Shown here one piece after another: positions 11,904 to 24,959 of a DNA stretch of 64,000 nucleotides. Within the stretch, counting starts at the first letter, position 1, and each line of letters begins with the position of its first letter. A model generated the notes under the pieces. It had not been told where the DNA came from. It was given only the letters and a program-made list of their open reading frames with translations, and searched no databases. Made by a program: the position numbers and the translations under genes. The DNA comes from Monodelphis domestica (Eukaryota): the NCBI RefSeq assembly GCF_027887165.1, contig NC_077227.1, positions 173,226,324 to 173,290,323 on the forward strand, given 5' to 3'.

Positions 11904-12086
11904 GATCCCTTTTTCCTCTCCAGAGAGGAAGAGAAGGAGGAGGAAGAACAAGTAGAGGAAGCAATTCCCCTCTATAACCTAAGCTTGAGAAAAGAAAAGG
12001 AGTCAGAAGAACTGATGTTGGAACTTGTTTCCAGGGATTCTGACGCCCAACCTGAGAACACAGACCAGGTTTTGCAGGACAAGAAG
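11904..12086 (+). CDS. TEP1: TEP1 exon (..EEEEQVEEAIPLYNLSLRKEKESEELMLELVSRDSDAQPENTDQVLQDKK)
   Basis: AG|GAT.. to ..AAG|GTGAAG. Matches human ..LGEESEVEDLAVKLTSGDSESHPEPTDHVLQEKK. Confidence 0.7.
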
Positions 12087-12333
12087 GTGAAGGGCTTTAA
12101 GATTAGGGGAAAGTGGGGAGGATTTTGGCTGGACCTGCAACCAGGGTACATGAATGTTCTCTGTAGTTGCTTATTCCCACTGGGTTGGAGGAGCTCTATG
12201 TGAGCACATAAGGGATTAGGAGGAAATTCTTGGGTCTGAGTATCACTAAGTCTGAATGTAAAGTTCTCTTTGTTTTTCCAAGTGTCTTGCCTAAATGAAC
12301 CTTCGCCTATCTTCTGTTCTCCCTTCCTCAAAG

Positions 12334-12468
12334 ATGCTGCTAATCACCAAGCTGTGCTGTGCTCTGTCCTCCAGAGCAAACCTCCTGGAGGCTAAAGACC
12401 CTACCCGGAATTTCCTACTTCAGCTCTGCACAGACCTTGCCCTCTTAGAGCCTGAATTCATCCTCAAG
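12334..12468 (+). CDS. TEP1: TEP1 exon (MLLITKLCCALSSRANLLEAKDPTRNFLLQLCTDLALLEPEFILK)
   Basis: cctcaaAG|ATG.. to ..CTCAAG|GTACAG. Human ..AIFEICRELALLEPEFILK. Confidence 0.8.
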
Positions 12469-12867
12469 GTACAGGGCTGTGATTTGGAGTATGCTAGGGC
12501 AGGAACCTGTATCTAGAGTATTTAAGGAGTAGAGGAACTCTGAATGAAGCTAGGAGTCTAGGATTCAGGGGTCTGTTTTTTTTTTTTCATTCATTTAACA
12601 AATGTTGAAGGTCTATGTTTAAGAAACTATTCGAGGTGCTAAAGTGATACAAAGGGGATCTCCTAGTTCCTGCCTTCATAGGGTTTATTATCTAGTTAGG
12701 GAACTAAGATAGATCTACAAATAACTGTAAGTCAGAATGTTTTTAAGTGTCATATAGATGGTTTAGACAGCAAATACTTAAAGCAGCTGTTTGGCAATAA
12801 AAGAATACTTCTAGGAGTGATCAGGGAAGGCATCATAAAGGCTGAGACTTGAAAGTAAATTAGGTAG

Positions 12868-13050
12868 GAGCACCTATTGTGGCTCCATGGGTAAAGAGCC
12901 AGGACTAGAGATGGGAGCCCTGGGTTCAAATTTGGCCTTCCTATCTGTGTGACTCTGCCCCAATTTGTCTAGACCTTACTGCTATTCTGCCTTGGAACCA
13001 ATACTTAGTAGCAATTCTAAGATAGAAGGTAAGGATTTTATTTTTTAATT
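12868..13050 (+). mobile_element. tRNA-derived SINE, diverged copy
   Basis: ..aagagccaggactagagatgggagccctgggttcaaatttggcc.. ..ttggaaccaatact..aggtaagga. Confidence 0.6.
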
Positions 13051-13237
13051 TTTTTCTATGGTTAAATGATTCTTGTCTCCCTTCTCTCTTCCCTCCCCAC
13101 TCCTGGAGTTGACAAGCAATTCCACTGGGTTATACATATATCATCACTCAAAACCTATTTCCATATTCATTTTTTTAACAGAATAATCTTTTAAAACCAA
13201 AACAAAAGTAAGGATTTTTAAAAAAAGAAAGAATTCA

Positions 13238-13412
13238 GTGCATCGATTGAGAGCCAGGCCTAGAGACAGGAGGTCCTAGGTTCAAATTTGGCCTCAGACA
13301 CTTCCCAGCTGTGTGACCCTGGGCAAGTCACTTAACCCCCATTGCCTAGCCCTTATATCAATATACAGTATTGATTCCAAGACAGAAGGTAAGGGTTTTA
13401 AAAAATAAAATA
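13238..13412 (+). mobile_element. tRNA-derived SINE, 5'-truncated
   Basis: ..attgagagccaggcctagagacaggaggtcctaggttcaaatttggcctcagacacttcccagctgtgtgaccctgggcaagtcacttaaccc... Confidence 0.85.
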
Positions 13413-15872
13413 AAATAATTTTTAAAAAAAGAATATGAATTGGATGACTAGAGGAGATGGAGAGGGTGAAGCACCAGGTAAAAGGTATGAACAGAGAGCA
13501 AAGGTAGAAGAGAATGTCAACATGGAATTTAGGAATCCCAAACTTGTTACCTGGTGGGATCTGATGAACTCCAAGTTTCAGGACTAGCTTGTAGATAGGA
13601 GATCCCATAGTTTGTACTTGTTCCCTTTTCCCATGGGAATCTACCCTGAAGGGAATCCCAAGTTAGAAGTTTCAGACTGAGTGGGAGACCCTCAGGGAAA
13701 TGACAATCCTGGTTGGGTGAGATAAGCATATGCTAAGGACCCTCTTTGTTTTAGATAGTCTCCCCTATTGTATTAGAACCTTTCCCAAGAAGATCCCCAC
13801 CAGAGCAGAAACCATCCTTTAGTAACCATTGTAAGCAGCCCCTTCTCTTACACCCAGCCTTTAGCTATGATTCCTTTCCCAAGCTTGATTGTATCCTGTC
13901 ATTGTAGTTTGAACTCTCCCATTTCCTTGTAGCCATAGTGATGTCAATCATCTTTCCCTGCCCCTGGATTTCCCAAAGGGTATATAAGTTCCCCAAGTTC
14001 TTTTGTTCCTCGGAGTCCATCCTGAGTCGCTGGCACTCCCAGGGGTCAGTGACCAGGGCGTCCAGACTCTGTGCAGTCTCGGGGAGCAGCTCTGTTGTTG
14101 CACTTAGTAGCACTAACCCTTTTTCCCTTGATTAAAGAGTGATTTTGACTATTTAATAGTTCTGCGTTTTTTCTAGTTGACAAGGATAACCTGGGTTTGG
14201 GGGACTAGTAAATAGATGAATAATGATTATAGTTTGGGATTGGTTATAACTAGGTTATAATTGGTTATAATGGTTATAACTAGGGATTTCAATGTCAGGT
14301 ACAAGTACTACAAAATATGTCTGGAGTGAGGAGACTAATAGAGACCTTCAAATTGACTGTTTAACATAAATCCAGTTGTAGAGGATGACCATAGGGATGG
14401 ACCCAGACCTTAGGACATGAGGTTCTATGGGGAAAGAAACCCTGGGACAGTGCTTCATGAAGAGGAGATGGATACCCTAGGATTCTGGCCCAATACCTTA
14501 GAGAGATAATGTTAGTTTACCTATTGTTGTTAACAAAGTACAAAACTCAATTTCTTAATTAGTTTGTATTGATCTTTTTGAGGGGGTTATACCACCTTAG
14601 TTTCTCCCTGTATCCTTCTCCTCCCAGAAAGCCATATTATATAACAAATAGTATTTTTAAGATAAAAAGATGAAAAAAATCAGTGTAACTGACCAGTACA
14701 TCAAAAAAGTCTGAGAAAATTTACAATGTACATTTATGGATTTTGCACCTCTGCCAAAAGATGGGATAGGAATGTCTTCTATCACCTTTGTGCCACGATT
14801 GTTCTTTATAATTTTTCAGCATTTGCTTTTGATGGTTTGTTTTTTTGGGAGGTGATTTCTTTCCCTTTACATTGTTATTATGGTCATTGTATATATTGTT
14901 TTCTTGATTCTGCTTACTTTACTCTGCATCAATTCATTTAGGTCTTTCCATATTTCTCTGTTTTTGTTATACTATTTCTTAAAGCACAGTAATATTCATT
15001 ACATTGTATCTCAATTTATAGCCATTCCTGAATTGATAAGTATCTGTTGTGTTTGCAAAACAAACAAAAAGTGCTACTATAAATTTTGGTGTATACAAAG
15101 ACTTTCTTTTTATCAAGGGCTTCCTTTGAGTATAAACCTAATGATGGAATCTGGGTCAGAGGGTATGGATGTTTTAGTCATTTTACAGAATTCCAAATTA
15201 CTTTCAATTAGGGAAAATATCATGCTGATCCAACAATTGTTTTCTGGAGTATAAATGCTGTTGATGCTTTCTAAATTTCAGCAGCCTAAGGCAAAGCCTT
15301 GATTGCTCTACCATAGTTGGGGCTCTAGGTAGGACCTGTAGAAGGGAAGAATAGATAAAGCAAGAAAGACAGTTGGGGTCCAGATTACAAAGTACCTTGA
15401 ATTTCAGAATATGAAGTTGGGATTTTAAGCTATAGACAACCATAGAAGCTATTTTAGTTTTTTTTTTTAATTTAGAGTTTTCCTTTTTCAATTTGATTTT
15501 CTTTTCAGTTCCAAACTCTTTCTCTTCCTTCTCCCCTTTCCCCACCCAGTAAGAAGGCAAGAAAAACAAAGCACATTACACATATTTATATAGTCATGCA
15601 AAACAAATTCCTTCATTAGCCAAGACCCACCAACCCCACAAAAAAAGAAGCTTCAGTCTACACTCAAAATCCAGTCATCACTTCTCTTTCTGGAGATAGC
15701 ATGTTTCATCATTAGTCCTTTGGAATTATCATTGATCTTTGTGTTGATCAGAGTTACAAGGAGCTGTTTTGCAAAGAGATCAAAGTGTTTAAAGAATTCG
15801 GAACTATGATTCTCTTATAAATAAGAAAAGAAATAAAAATCCCAGTCTGACCTTTCCTACCCTGTGTCCTAG

Positions 15873-16034
15873 GCATCCCTGTATGCACGACAGCAGCTCA
15901 ACATTCGAGATATGGCTATCATGGTCCTAGCCGTAGCTGCTTATCTGCCTGCTTGTCGTCCGTACTTGCGGAGATATTTCTGTGCCATTGTTCAGCTCCC
16001 TTCTGACTGGATGCAAGTGGCTCAGTACTTTCAG
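15873..16034 (+). CDS. TEP1: TEP1 exon, TROVE domain start (ASLYARQQLNIRDMAIMVLAVAAYLPACRPYLRRYFCAIVQLPSDWMQVAQYFQ)
   Basis: tcctAG|GCA.. to ..TTTCAG|GTATGC. Near-identical to human TROVE segment. Confidence 0.85.
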
Positions 16035-16267
16035 GTATGCCCAAGATGGGATCCTTATCCTTCTTTTGCCTTTACTCTCATCTTTTGTCCTCACTCCCAT
16101 TGAGCTCTCTTCTCCTTGTCTTGGCTATTAACTATATCTAGAGAGAATCTTTTTGCTCCTAAAACTATTCTTCAGGATAACCCCTCACACATAGGTAAAT
16201 AGGAAGGAAACAATGAATCACTAAGCTCTTTAAAAATATTAGGTCATTTGATCCTCACAACTAATCT

Positions 16268-16445
16268 GAAGGAGAAAACTATTAATATTTATTTCCATTT
16301 TACAGTTGAGAAAACTGAGACAGAGAGAGGTTAAGTGACTTGCCCTTGGTCACACAGGTATTAAAGTATCTGAGACAAGACCAGATTTGAACTTATATCT
16401 TCCTGACTACAGACCTGGGGCTTTAGCCACTGTGCCACCTAGACG
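16268..16445 (-). mobile_element. SINE (MIR/MAR-like core), minus orientation
   Basis: ..tttacagttgagaaaactgagacagagagaggttaagtgacttgcccttggtcacacagg.. ..gatttgaact... Confidence 0.7.
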
Positions 16446-16934
16446 CTTCTCCTATTTTGTGAGACTTCCTTGGATAGAGCTGCCCTAGAAAGCTTTTACA
16501 TTTCCCTAAAATTGTAGAATTTCAGAACCTGAAGAGATAATCTTTCCACAGATGAAGAGCTTGTGGCCCATAGAGATGAAACTGTTTGCTCAAAGTCGCA
16601 TGGTTTGAGGTAAAGCTGAAACTCAGGCCTTCAGACTTTTTGCTCATAGTTATTTGTCTCAAAACAAAAGAAAATAAATCCCTTCTTTTCCCTCCCATTC
16701 CTCCAGGTCTCTTCCTGCAGAGTCCCATGGGGTTTATCTCTGGCCTGCTGTATTTTTCTGTTCTTTGTGTTACATATTCCTATGATAAATTGCCCTGGAA
16801 GACTGGCACATTTAACCTTCTTAGAGTCACAAGGAAAGTAATGACACAGCTAGAACCAGAACCTAGATCTCCTTGTGTCTTTTCTGGTGCCCTTTCCACT
16901 CTAGAGGACTTGCTCCTTTAAAAAATAAATTCTA

Positions 16935-17148
16935 GGGGGCAGCTGGGTAGCTCAGTGGATTGAGAACCAGGCCTGGAGACAGGAGGTCCTAGGTTCAAAT
17001 CTGGCCTCAGACACATCCCAGCTGTGTGACCCTGGGCAAGTCACTTGACCCCCATTGCCTAGCCCTTACCACTCTTCTGCCTTGGAGCCAATACACAATA
17101 TTGACTCCAAGACGGAAGGTAAGGGTTTAAAAAAAATAAATAAATAAA
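16935..17148 (+). mobile_element. tRNA-derived SINE, full length
   Basis: GGGGGCAGCTGGGTAGCTCAGTGGATTGAGAACCAGG.. ..GGAAGGTAAGGGTTTAAAAAAAATAAATAAATAAA. Confidence 0.9.
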
Positions 17149-17376
17149 TTCTATTCTTTCTTCACTGAAGCAAAGGGTCCAAGGTTATTCAGTGATTGTC
17201 CTAAAGCCTGTTCTCTAGCCTCCTTGCCCTCCTTCCTTTCTTCCATCCTGTTTGATCTCCTCTGACTCCTCTATAACCTCTACAATTCACAATCCCTTCA
17301 GTATTCTAACTCCCTGTTTTGACTCACTCTCCTCATTCTCAATCTGTGTATTGGAGGCCTCTTCTCTTCCTAACAG

Positions 17377-17613
17377 AACCTGGCTGAGAGTCCTGATAAG
17401 AAGTTGGTACCTATGCCTGCCTGTCTCCGTGCTGCTATGACTGAGAAATTTACCCAGTTTGATGAGTACCAATTGGCTAAATACAACCTTCGTGAACACC
17501 GAGCTAAGAAAAGACGCCGGCGCTACCGACGTCCAGTCAGTGATTTTTTTCCTGTCTCTAGTCATAGATATAATAATCTGGTTCCCCTTTCCCTTTGTGA
17601 TCTCCTAGGAAGA
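17377..17613 (+). CDS. TEP1: TEP1 exon (NLAESPDKKLVPMPACLRAAMTEKFTQFDEYQLAKYNLREHRAKKRRRRYRRPVSDFFPVSSHRYNNLVPLSLCDLLGR)
   Basis: taacAG|AAC.. to ..GGAAGA|GTAAGT. Human SLAEGDKNKLVPLPACLRTAMTDKFAQFDEYQLAKYNPRKHRAK... Confidence 0.8.
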
Positions 17614-17746
17614 GTAAGTCAGGAATCATTATTACACCTCTGGGGAGATTTAGACTAAACAATTTCTTCCCTAATTGCTGCTAATCCCCTCTATTTGGGA
17701 ACAAAAAGGGCCAAACTAGTCAGAAGGGATTAGGGTGATATGAGAA

Positions 17747-17759
17747 GGGGGGGGGGGGG
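17747..17759. repeat. poly(G) 12-13 nt (intronic)
   Basis: gaaggggggggggggga. Confidence 0.85.
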
Positions 17760-19411
17760 AGTTAGGCCAGTCAGTCAGTAAACATTTATCAAATGTCTAC
17801 TGTGTTCCAGGTATTCTGCTAAGTACTGGGGATGAAAACACAAAATAGAAAAGACAGTCTGTCCTCAGGGGGCATCTTATGGGGGAAGACAAAACAGAAA
17901 AAGAACCTGAAAAATGGTTTGGGTGGGAAGGGAATATACCCTGAGTGGACATGAGAGAGAAATTAAAGCATCAGTGAGAAATGAAGAGATGATTGGCCTG
18001 AGCTGGAAGTTTAAGGAGGAACTCCATTTCACTCTACAGTGACCAAAGCAGAGAACCAAGACTTCTCTGACTTTTGGAAAGGAGCCTCAGGAGCCCTAAT
18101 TCCCTAATTACTGCTTTTCTTGTTCACTACAGAAGTCAGGAGAAATCATCCAAAGGAAGTGGTACAACTCAACTATAATATACAAGACCTATTATAATCA
18201 CCAAAAAGCAGTAAGTTCCAGAGAGAAAGAGAGTCTTGTATTGGGGGGAGGAGAATCTATCCAGAACTGCTCATAGTGAAAGAAGGGAGCCATATGTCAC
18301 AGTATCATAGACAACCATCAGCTGGATTGAGCTTTTTAGTGAATTAAGTAGAATTACATTTCTTTTCCCTACATTTCATTCTTATATATTCTACTGCCAC
18401 CAGGTGTCAGTAGGTAAGCAGGTGAGTTCTGCTTTCACAAGGTCAGTGAACTAGTGATCTCAAAGCCTGTGCTGTCCTCCAAGAAAATTAATATAATAAT
18501 TTGTGCCAAGAATCTCCATTAACTTGCAGTGGTGCACCCTCTTTGGATAATAGAAAAATGAAGCCTATAGAGTTAAGCAACTTGCCTATTGTCACATGGT
18601 CATCAAGTTTTGGAATTGGCTTTTCTGTCTCTAAGCCCAGAACTCTATATACATTTTTTATATGCATACATTTTATATACATAATTAACTTCACCATACT
18701 GCCTCTACTGGAAATGTACCAGCCAATGAACAATAACAAAAAATTTATATTTTAATGATCTATAAAGCTTGCTCATTAGACTAAGCATAACAATATCATA
18801 GGAAAATGCTTATAGAACAGAAAGGGAAAAACCCAACAATAATGCTAAACTTGCAGCTAACTCTCCATGACATCTCCAGACTTGTGTTCTCTAATTTGGT
18901 CTTCCAAATCTTTTCTCATGCCATAGCCTTTTCTCTATTTAGCGTAATGACTTATCACAAATTTGATTTGTTTTCTCTCAGAGAAAAATGCCAATATCCA
19001 ATTTGTCAGTTTCTGTCTTCTTCATAGATATCTTGCTCTAGTGCCCTAGCTATCCAATAGATCTGAGTGAAAAATTAAGTTTCCCTCTACCCCAGAATAT
19101 TCTGTTTCCTTTTTCTTTATTTAACAGCTAAGATCATGACATGTGAACCCTTCACAAGTCTGATATACATAGAAGAGATAACAATGATACCCAGATGTTT
19201 TTGCCTTGTTTGGCACAGCTTAATGCTCATCTCTCTTTTTTTTTTTTTTATTTTGGGAGAGGGGGAGTGCAACAGGGAGAACAATAAAGGGTCCAAAGTA
19301 CAAGGAACAAGATGTGTAGGGGAACACATAGCTACTTGTTCTCTGTCCCAGGCAGAGAGCTATGGCCTTGGATGAAAATGTTCCTTTTGGGCCTTGGGTG
19401 TATCTCTGCAG

Positions 19412-19536
19412 TTTATGAGGGCCTATCATGAAGAGCCTGTGAAAAAGAAACCATCAGATTTTACCCTGAAGAAGCTGATAAAGCGATTGCACATCCGAGA
19501 TCCTGTGCAAAATGTCAAGGCCCTATTGGGCTGCCG
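19412..19536 (+). CDS. TEP1: TEP1 exon (FMRAYHEEPVKKKPSDFTLKKLIKRLHIRDPVQNVKALLGC-)
   Basis: tctctgcAG|TTT.. to ..CTGCCG|GTGAGT. Human FLREEQ..RFTLKKLVQRLHIHKPAQHVQALLGYR. Confidence 0.8.
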
Positions 19537-20059
19537 GTGAGTTAGGTTTAGCCTAGACCCGTGATGGCAAACCTTTTAGAGACTGAGTCCCCAAACTGCC
19601 ACCCTCGTGCTGCATGTGAGCCCCTGCCTTACTAAGGAAGGAGGAAGTGCTCCTATTGGACCACTGGGCAGAGGGGCATGGCATGTGAGAAATGTCCTCA
19701 GGGGTGACTGTAGAGGGGGATGGGAGCAGCCCTCTTGGGTACGTGTGCCATAGGTTTGCCAATGCAGGCCTAGATCCCGATTCCCAGCATCCCACAGGCC
19801 CAAAGTCTCATGAGGTCCTTCAGCTCTCCCTATAATTCTTCACATCTAAATCTGTTTTATCCATCAACAATGACTAGGGAGCCTTGAACCCCCTCCCCAA
19901 TCCAATCTCTGCTCCAAAGGACTAGGGAGCATTGGCTCAAGTGTTTTGCTAATTAGATTGGAGATCCCTTTCTTTTGCAAGCCCACTCCTAACTGCCATG
20001 TACCTGATGGCTGTGACACTAAAGCTGTTTTCTCCTTTTTGTCTTCCGTCCCATCCCAG

Positions 20060-20217
20060 ATACCCTTCAGACCTGCAGTCCTTCTCCCGGAGCCGTCTAC
20101 CTGGTCCCTGGGATTCCAGTAGAGCTGGGACTCGGATGAAACTTCCACAACCAGAGACCTGGGAGCGAGTGCTGAGCCAGCAAGGGAACACAGCCTCTGT
20201 CTGGGAGGGACTCATTG
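20060..20217 (+). CDS. TEP1: TEP1 exon (-YPSDLQSFSRSRLPGPWDSSRAGTRMKLPQPETWERVLSQQGNTASVWEGLI-)
   Basis: atcccAG|ATAC.. to ..CATTG|GTATAA. Near-identical to human YPSNLQLFSRSRLPGPWDSSRAGKRMKL... Confidence 0.85.
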
Positions 20218-20325
20218 GTATAAATAACCTATCTAGTCCAGGCCTGTGGCCTACTCTCCTTTATATTGTCTGAGCCTTAAGGAAGGTATCTCTTCATAGT
20301 TATCTCTCTGATGTTTCCTCATTGA

Positions 20326-20362
20326 AATAAGATTAGATTTGTAAAAATAAGATTAGATTTGT
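20326..20362. repeat. Tandem duplication of aaataagattagatttgt (x2)
   Basis: Direct repeat seen in sequence. Confidence 0.85.
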
Positions 20363-20807
20363 GCTATCTAGAGTCTGGTTCAGGTTTCCTAGATCCAGTG
20401 TTTGTTGTTCAGAAGGTTTCTCCCTCTTGGATGGTGATACCTTTTTTGGGAGGAGTATAATTTAAGCTTTTTCCCAAGCTTGGTTAGATAATGCCCAAGA
20501 TTATTTAGCCTATGCTGCAGTCTGTATTCTCTTTATAGAAATAGACTTTTCTTAAAATAGGATAAATATTATGTAAATGACCCATCACATTTGTTTGTTT
20601 TTAATTTAAGGGAAAGTGCTCTTTGAAATCCTTTAGTTAGATGTATAATAATTAGAGTTAGGGTAGAGTTATTTAGGGTTATAGTTTGCCCTTACCTATC
20701 CACTTCACATTTTGTTTTTCACTTGTTTCAGGTAGGTTCAACTCCTTGTGAACCAATTTGGGGTTTTCTTGGCAGAGATACTGGAGTAGTTTGCCTTTTC
20801 CTTCTTC

Positions 20808-20945
20808 AGCTCATTTTACAGATAACTGAGGCAAACAGGATTAAGTGACTTGCTCAGAGTCACACAGCTAATAAGTGTCTGAGGCCAGATTTGATCACAG
20901 AAAAATGAATCTTCCTGCACTCTTGTCAACTGTGCCACCCACTTC
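20808..20945 (-). mobile_element. SINE fragment, minus orientation
   Basis: ttttacagataactgaggcaaacaggattaagtgacttgctcagagtcacacagctaataagtgtctgaggccagatttga.. Confidence 0.7.
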
Positions 20946-21416
20946 ACTTGGCCTTTATAAAAAAGGCATACCTCCACCCCCAAAAAAATCTTTTGGCAAG
21001 TTATAAAATGTATTAAAATGGAGACATTATACCATGATAATAAACAGAATTTTGAAGTAAAAGGTAAAGTTAATAATAAATTATACATAGTACTATACAG
21101 TATAGTTAACATAGATGTGTGGTATGTTGCCATTTCCTCACTAGCGATTTGCTTAAATTTCTTTCAGAATTTTTTTACATTAAGTCACATTTGTATAAGG
21201 CAAAATTACATAAAGTGAGAACTTTATGTATAGAAATGCAAGCCCAAAATGGCATTTATAATCCAGATGATGTATACAATTTTTTCATATATATGGTATT
21301 ATAAATCATTGGATTTATCCTTTTTGATTAAGAAGGATGTTTATTTTGTCCTAAAGATTCATAGGTGAGAGGGGTAAGGGAAGGGATATTTGTCATGACC
21401 TGCCTATGTGATAAGG

Positions 21417-21640
21417 ATGGCATGGTAACTCAGTGGATAGAATGCCAGGCCTGGTGTCAGGAAGAGTTGAGTTCAAATCTAGCCTCAGACACTTACTAGC
21501 TGTGTGGCCCTAGGCAAGTGACTTACTGTCTATTTGCCTTAATTCACTGGAGAAGGAAATCATAAGCCATTCCAGGATCTTTGCCAAGAAAACTCCAAGT
21601 GGAGTCACAACATTGCATACAACTGGACAACAACAGCCTA
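21417..21640 (+). mobile_element. MIR/MAR1-like SINE (different family: ..tttgccaagaaaactccaagtggagtcacaa..acaactggacaac)
   Basis: tRNA-like head (ggtaactcagtggatagaatgccagg..gttcaaatctagcctcagacacttactagctgtgtg) plus MIR-like tail. Confidence 0.7.
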
Positions 21641-22687
21641 GATGATACCATATTTAGCTAGCCCTTAGTGAAGATCCTAGGTCAATGCCATCTACCAAGT
21701 TGTAAAGTGGATGGAGAGGGATATACCATAACCCTAACTGTAAATCTGCCTCGACTCTGAATTCTAATCCTAACCCTAAATGTAACCCTTCGACTCAATG
21801 CCTCCAACTCTAACCCTGTATTTGCTTCATTCACATTGTGTAAAAATTGGTTTATATAGAGGTCTGCTGAATGGTCCACTTCTGTAAAGTCAGAATTGTC
21901 TGTAAATAGAAAGTTGCAGTGTGGTACAGTGATCAAAACATTGACTCTAAAAGCCAGCAAATCTGAGATAAAATCTTATCCATGATGCTTATTACCTTGT
22001 ATGACTTAATCTCTGACTGTTTCTTCATTTGTAAATGGGATAGAATTGGATGAGAATGACTTCCAAGGCCCCTTCTACCTCTAGAGCTATGTTCTCATGT
22101 TGAGAGAGAGTGATTTCAAACATATTCATTGAGTAGAGGCCATGCATGAAGCATTCTGTTCCATTCAGCTCATACAATCTAATTGTGTTTCTGTCTGGTT
22201 TGAGAAACAGTATTCCTGAAGAAGGCCAGGAGCTCATAAAAAAATCTGATAACCTTGAGATTTAACACCACCTATTCCTAGGTGGAGAGAGAACATGACT
22301 GTGGGACCTGTGCTGTCCTAAAAAGTTAACCCTCTTGGTGGCAGCTGCACAAATTATAAAAGTAATACCCTGTAAATGGTTGGGAAAGCTGCTCCATGTA
22401 TCCCTCTGTGAACCTCAACTCATTTAGACCAACAGTTACCAGGGGCATCTTTTCAATGTATTGTTAGATACAAATTACTGGAATTCCCCTGAGACTTTTT
22501 GTCTCAACTATATTTTGCTGTACCACCATAGAAGTAGTTGTAATACAGTCACAAAATTTATCAGAACTCTTCCACTGCTAAAAGGGGGCTGCTTGCATTA
22601 TGTGGAAATTATAATTTTTTTTAATATTGCACATCTCTTTTCCACTATGCATCCCATACCTATGTGGTCTTTGGGGTGACTTGATTT

Positions 22688-22891
22688 TTTTTAAACCCTT
22701 ACCTTCCACCTTAGCATCAATACTATGTACAATACTATGTATTGGTTTCTGGGCAAAAGAACAGTAAGGGCTAGGCCATGGAAGTTAAATGACTTGCCCA
22801 GGGTCACACAGCTAGGACATGTTTGAAGCCAGATTTGAATCTAGGACCTCCTGTCTCTAGTCCTGTCTCTCAATCCACTAAGCTACCCAGC
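22688..22891 (-). mobile_element. tRNA-derived SINE, minus orientation, full length
   Basis: Reverse complement of the family consensus: tttttaaacccttaccttccacc..ttgcccagggtcacacagctagg..cagctgccccc. Confidence 0.85.
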
Positions 22892-23319
22892 TGCCCCCAG
22901 GGGTGACTTGATTTTTAATGAAAAGAAATTCCTTGCCTCCTGACCTCAGAGGAATTTTTCAATTTCATAAGAGGATGTTTTGCAAACTCCAATCAAGTTT
23001 AGTGATGGAAACACCAAATTTGGTAGTAGTAGTGGGATTTATCTTTACTGAAGAAGACATTTCAGGAATTTTCTAAAATAGAAAATTCTAAACTTTAGGT
23101 CAAACTATAAAGCTGAAAGCACACTTGTAATGTAACAAGATATATTTTTTAAAATCTGTTCACCATCAGTATCTTTCTAATTGGCTCCATCTCTTCCTAA
23201 CCATCCCTGGGAGCTTTTTGACCTGGACTGTAGGGTCTTTCAATTCTTCTACCTCATGTCCAAATCTCTGTTCTCTATATTCCTAAATTTAACAAGTGAA
23301 ACCACTTTTTCTTCCTTAG

Positions 23320-23429
23320 ACAGTGGGAAGTTGCCCTACATGGCCATGCTGAGGAACCTATGCAGCCTGCTTCGAGTTGGAATCAGTGCCAAGCACCACG
23401 AACGCATCCTACAGCTGCTGGAGCGCAAA
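23320..23429 (+). CDS. TEP1: TEP1 exon (-DSGKLPYMAMLRNLCSLLRVGISAKHHERILQLLERK)
   Basis: ccttAG|ACAGT.. to ..CGCAAA|GTATGG. Human ENGKLPFMAMLRNLCNLLRVGISSRHHELILQRLQHAK. Confidence 0.85.
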
Positions 23430-23870
23430 GTATGGAGATCCCATGAGAGCCATTCTGAGCCATAGCAGGGGTGGGTGGGTATGGAGATGGGTTGTACCTT
23501 GATTTGGGGCAGGAGGGCTGAATGGATTGGCAATAAAGTTTATTAGGGAAGAATAGGACTTGGCAGGTCAGTTATTTCTGTGGAGATTTTAGTTAGGAGG
23601 GATAATGGATTCAACTTTTAGGGACTAAAGCCCCTTGGAAAGAAAGGTTACATAGATTACACAGAAAGTAAATCTATAAGAAGGGCCATTCTGTAACGTT
23701 TCCTCCTTCCTGTCAATCATCTCTTTTTTTTCTTCCTACTGTTCACCTCATTCTCTATTTCCACCATTCTCTCCTTTGCTTTTACTTCTCCCTTTCTCCC
23801 TCTTCTACAACCCACCAACTTTCCCCCTATTTACCATAACCCCTCAGACCTCTTGTTTCTTACGCCCCAG

Positions 23871-23961
23871 GAGTCAGTGATCCGCAGCCGGCAGCTTCCT
23901 TTTCGATTTCTTTCTGCCCATACATCCATCAGTGACCTGGAGAGACAACTCAAGAACTCTG
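23871..23961 (+). CDS. TEP1: TEP1 exon (ESVIRSRQLPFRFLSAHTSISDLERQLKNS-)
   Basis: cgccccAG|GAG.. to ..ACTCTG|GTACTT. Human SVIHSRQFPFRFLNAHDAIDALEAQLRN. Confidence 0.8.
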
Positions 23962-24199
23962 GTACTTTCTACCCCTCTTCCCCCACTTTTCCCATTTCTG
24001 GGAAAGAGCCAAAAAAACACAAACAGTTTTAACCATGTCTTAGGAGGATGACATCTATAGCATTCCAATTTGGATCCTCAGGGCAGAGGCTAGACCATGT
24101 GTGGGGAGGGGAGCCAGGGAGGGTTAAGAGAAGTCAAGGAGACCAAGATTAAAAGCTCTTTGTTTCCTAAGGATTTACCTTGATTTTCTTATGCTTAAG

Positions 24200-24374
24200 G
24201 GCCAGTTCCTTGCAATGTGGTTATAATGCGACAGCTATTAGAAAGGCTGGAGAAGAAAAAAAAGTTACCCAAGCCAGAGAGGAAATTGACTAACTGGGAC
24301 CTTCGATTTGCTATGATGGTACCTGTGCTCTATGAGCACTTCAAGCGAGAAAAGCAACGGCTGATCCAGATTAG
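24200..24374 (+). CDS. TEP1: TEP1 exon (-GPVPCNVVIMRQLLERLEKKKKLPKPERKLTNWDLRFAMMVPVLYEHFKREKQRLIQI-)
   Basis: gcttaAG|GGCC.. to ..ATTAG|GTGAGA. Human ..RMAMRIPVLYEQLKREKLRVHKAR. Confidence 0.75.
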
Positions 24375-24959
24375 GTGAGAGAGAATTTGTGTGTGTGCCT
24401 TGCCCTTGAGAGCCCTTTCCTGGGAGAGGAGAGGATAAGAAAATGGGAGAAAATATGTTAAAAGGGGCTCCAGAGAAATAAACTTTTTTTAAAAAAGAGA
24501 GTCATATTTGAATATTAATATGATTACTGACTTGGATTTACCCAATCTGTATTTTTCTTTGGCACTAGAAATTTTACATTTAAATTACCCTATAAGGGTC
24601 ATAAAAGTAAATTGTCTGTCTATTCTTGTCTTCCCTTTTGTCTCTGTTTATTTTCCTTCTCAGTAAACTACCATGGTTCCTAATTACCTATAATAGTTGA
24701 TGTAAACTATGTAAAATATAAACTATACTACCATATAAAAAATAAAATTCTTAAAAAAACCCAAATTAAAGCTTTACCTAGTTTCAACCAATATTTATAG
24801 ATTTATTACACATTATTTCTGTTTATATATTCTCATGAGTATAATATGATCACATAAATATAATTTATTATATACTCATTATAATGAACTTATAATAACT
24901 TTAATAACTCAATAAATTTAACTCATAATAAAATATATTCTTTTCTTTAAAAAAACATT

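Noticed and set aside
13294-13608. 104-aa minus ORF
   Set aside because: It lies across a SINE copy (13238-13412) and has no gene-like context.
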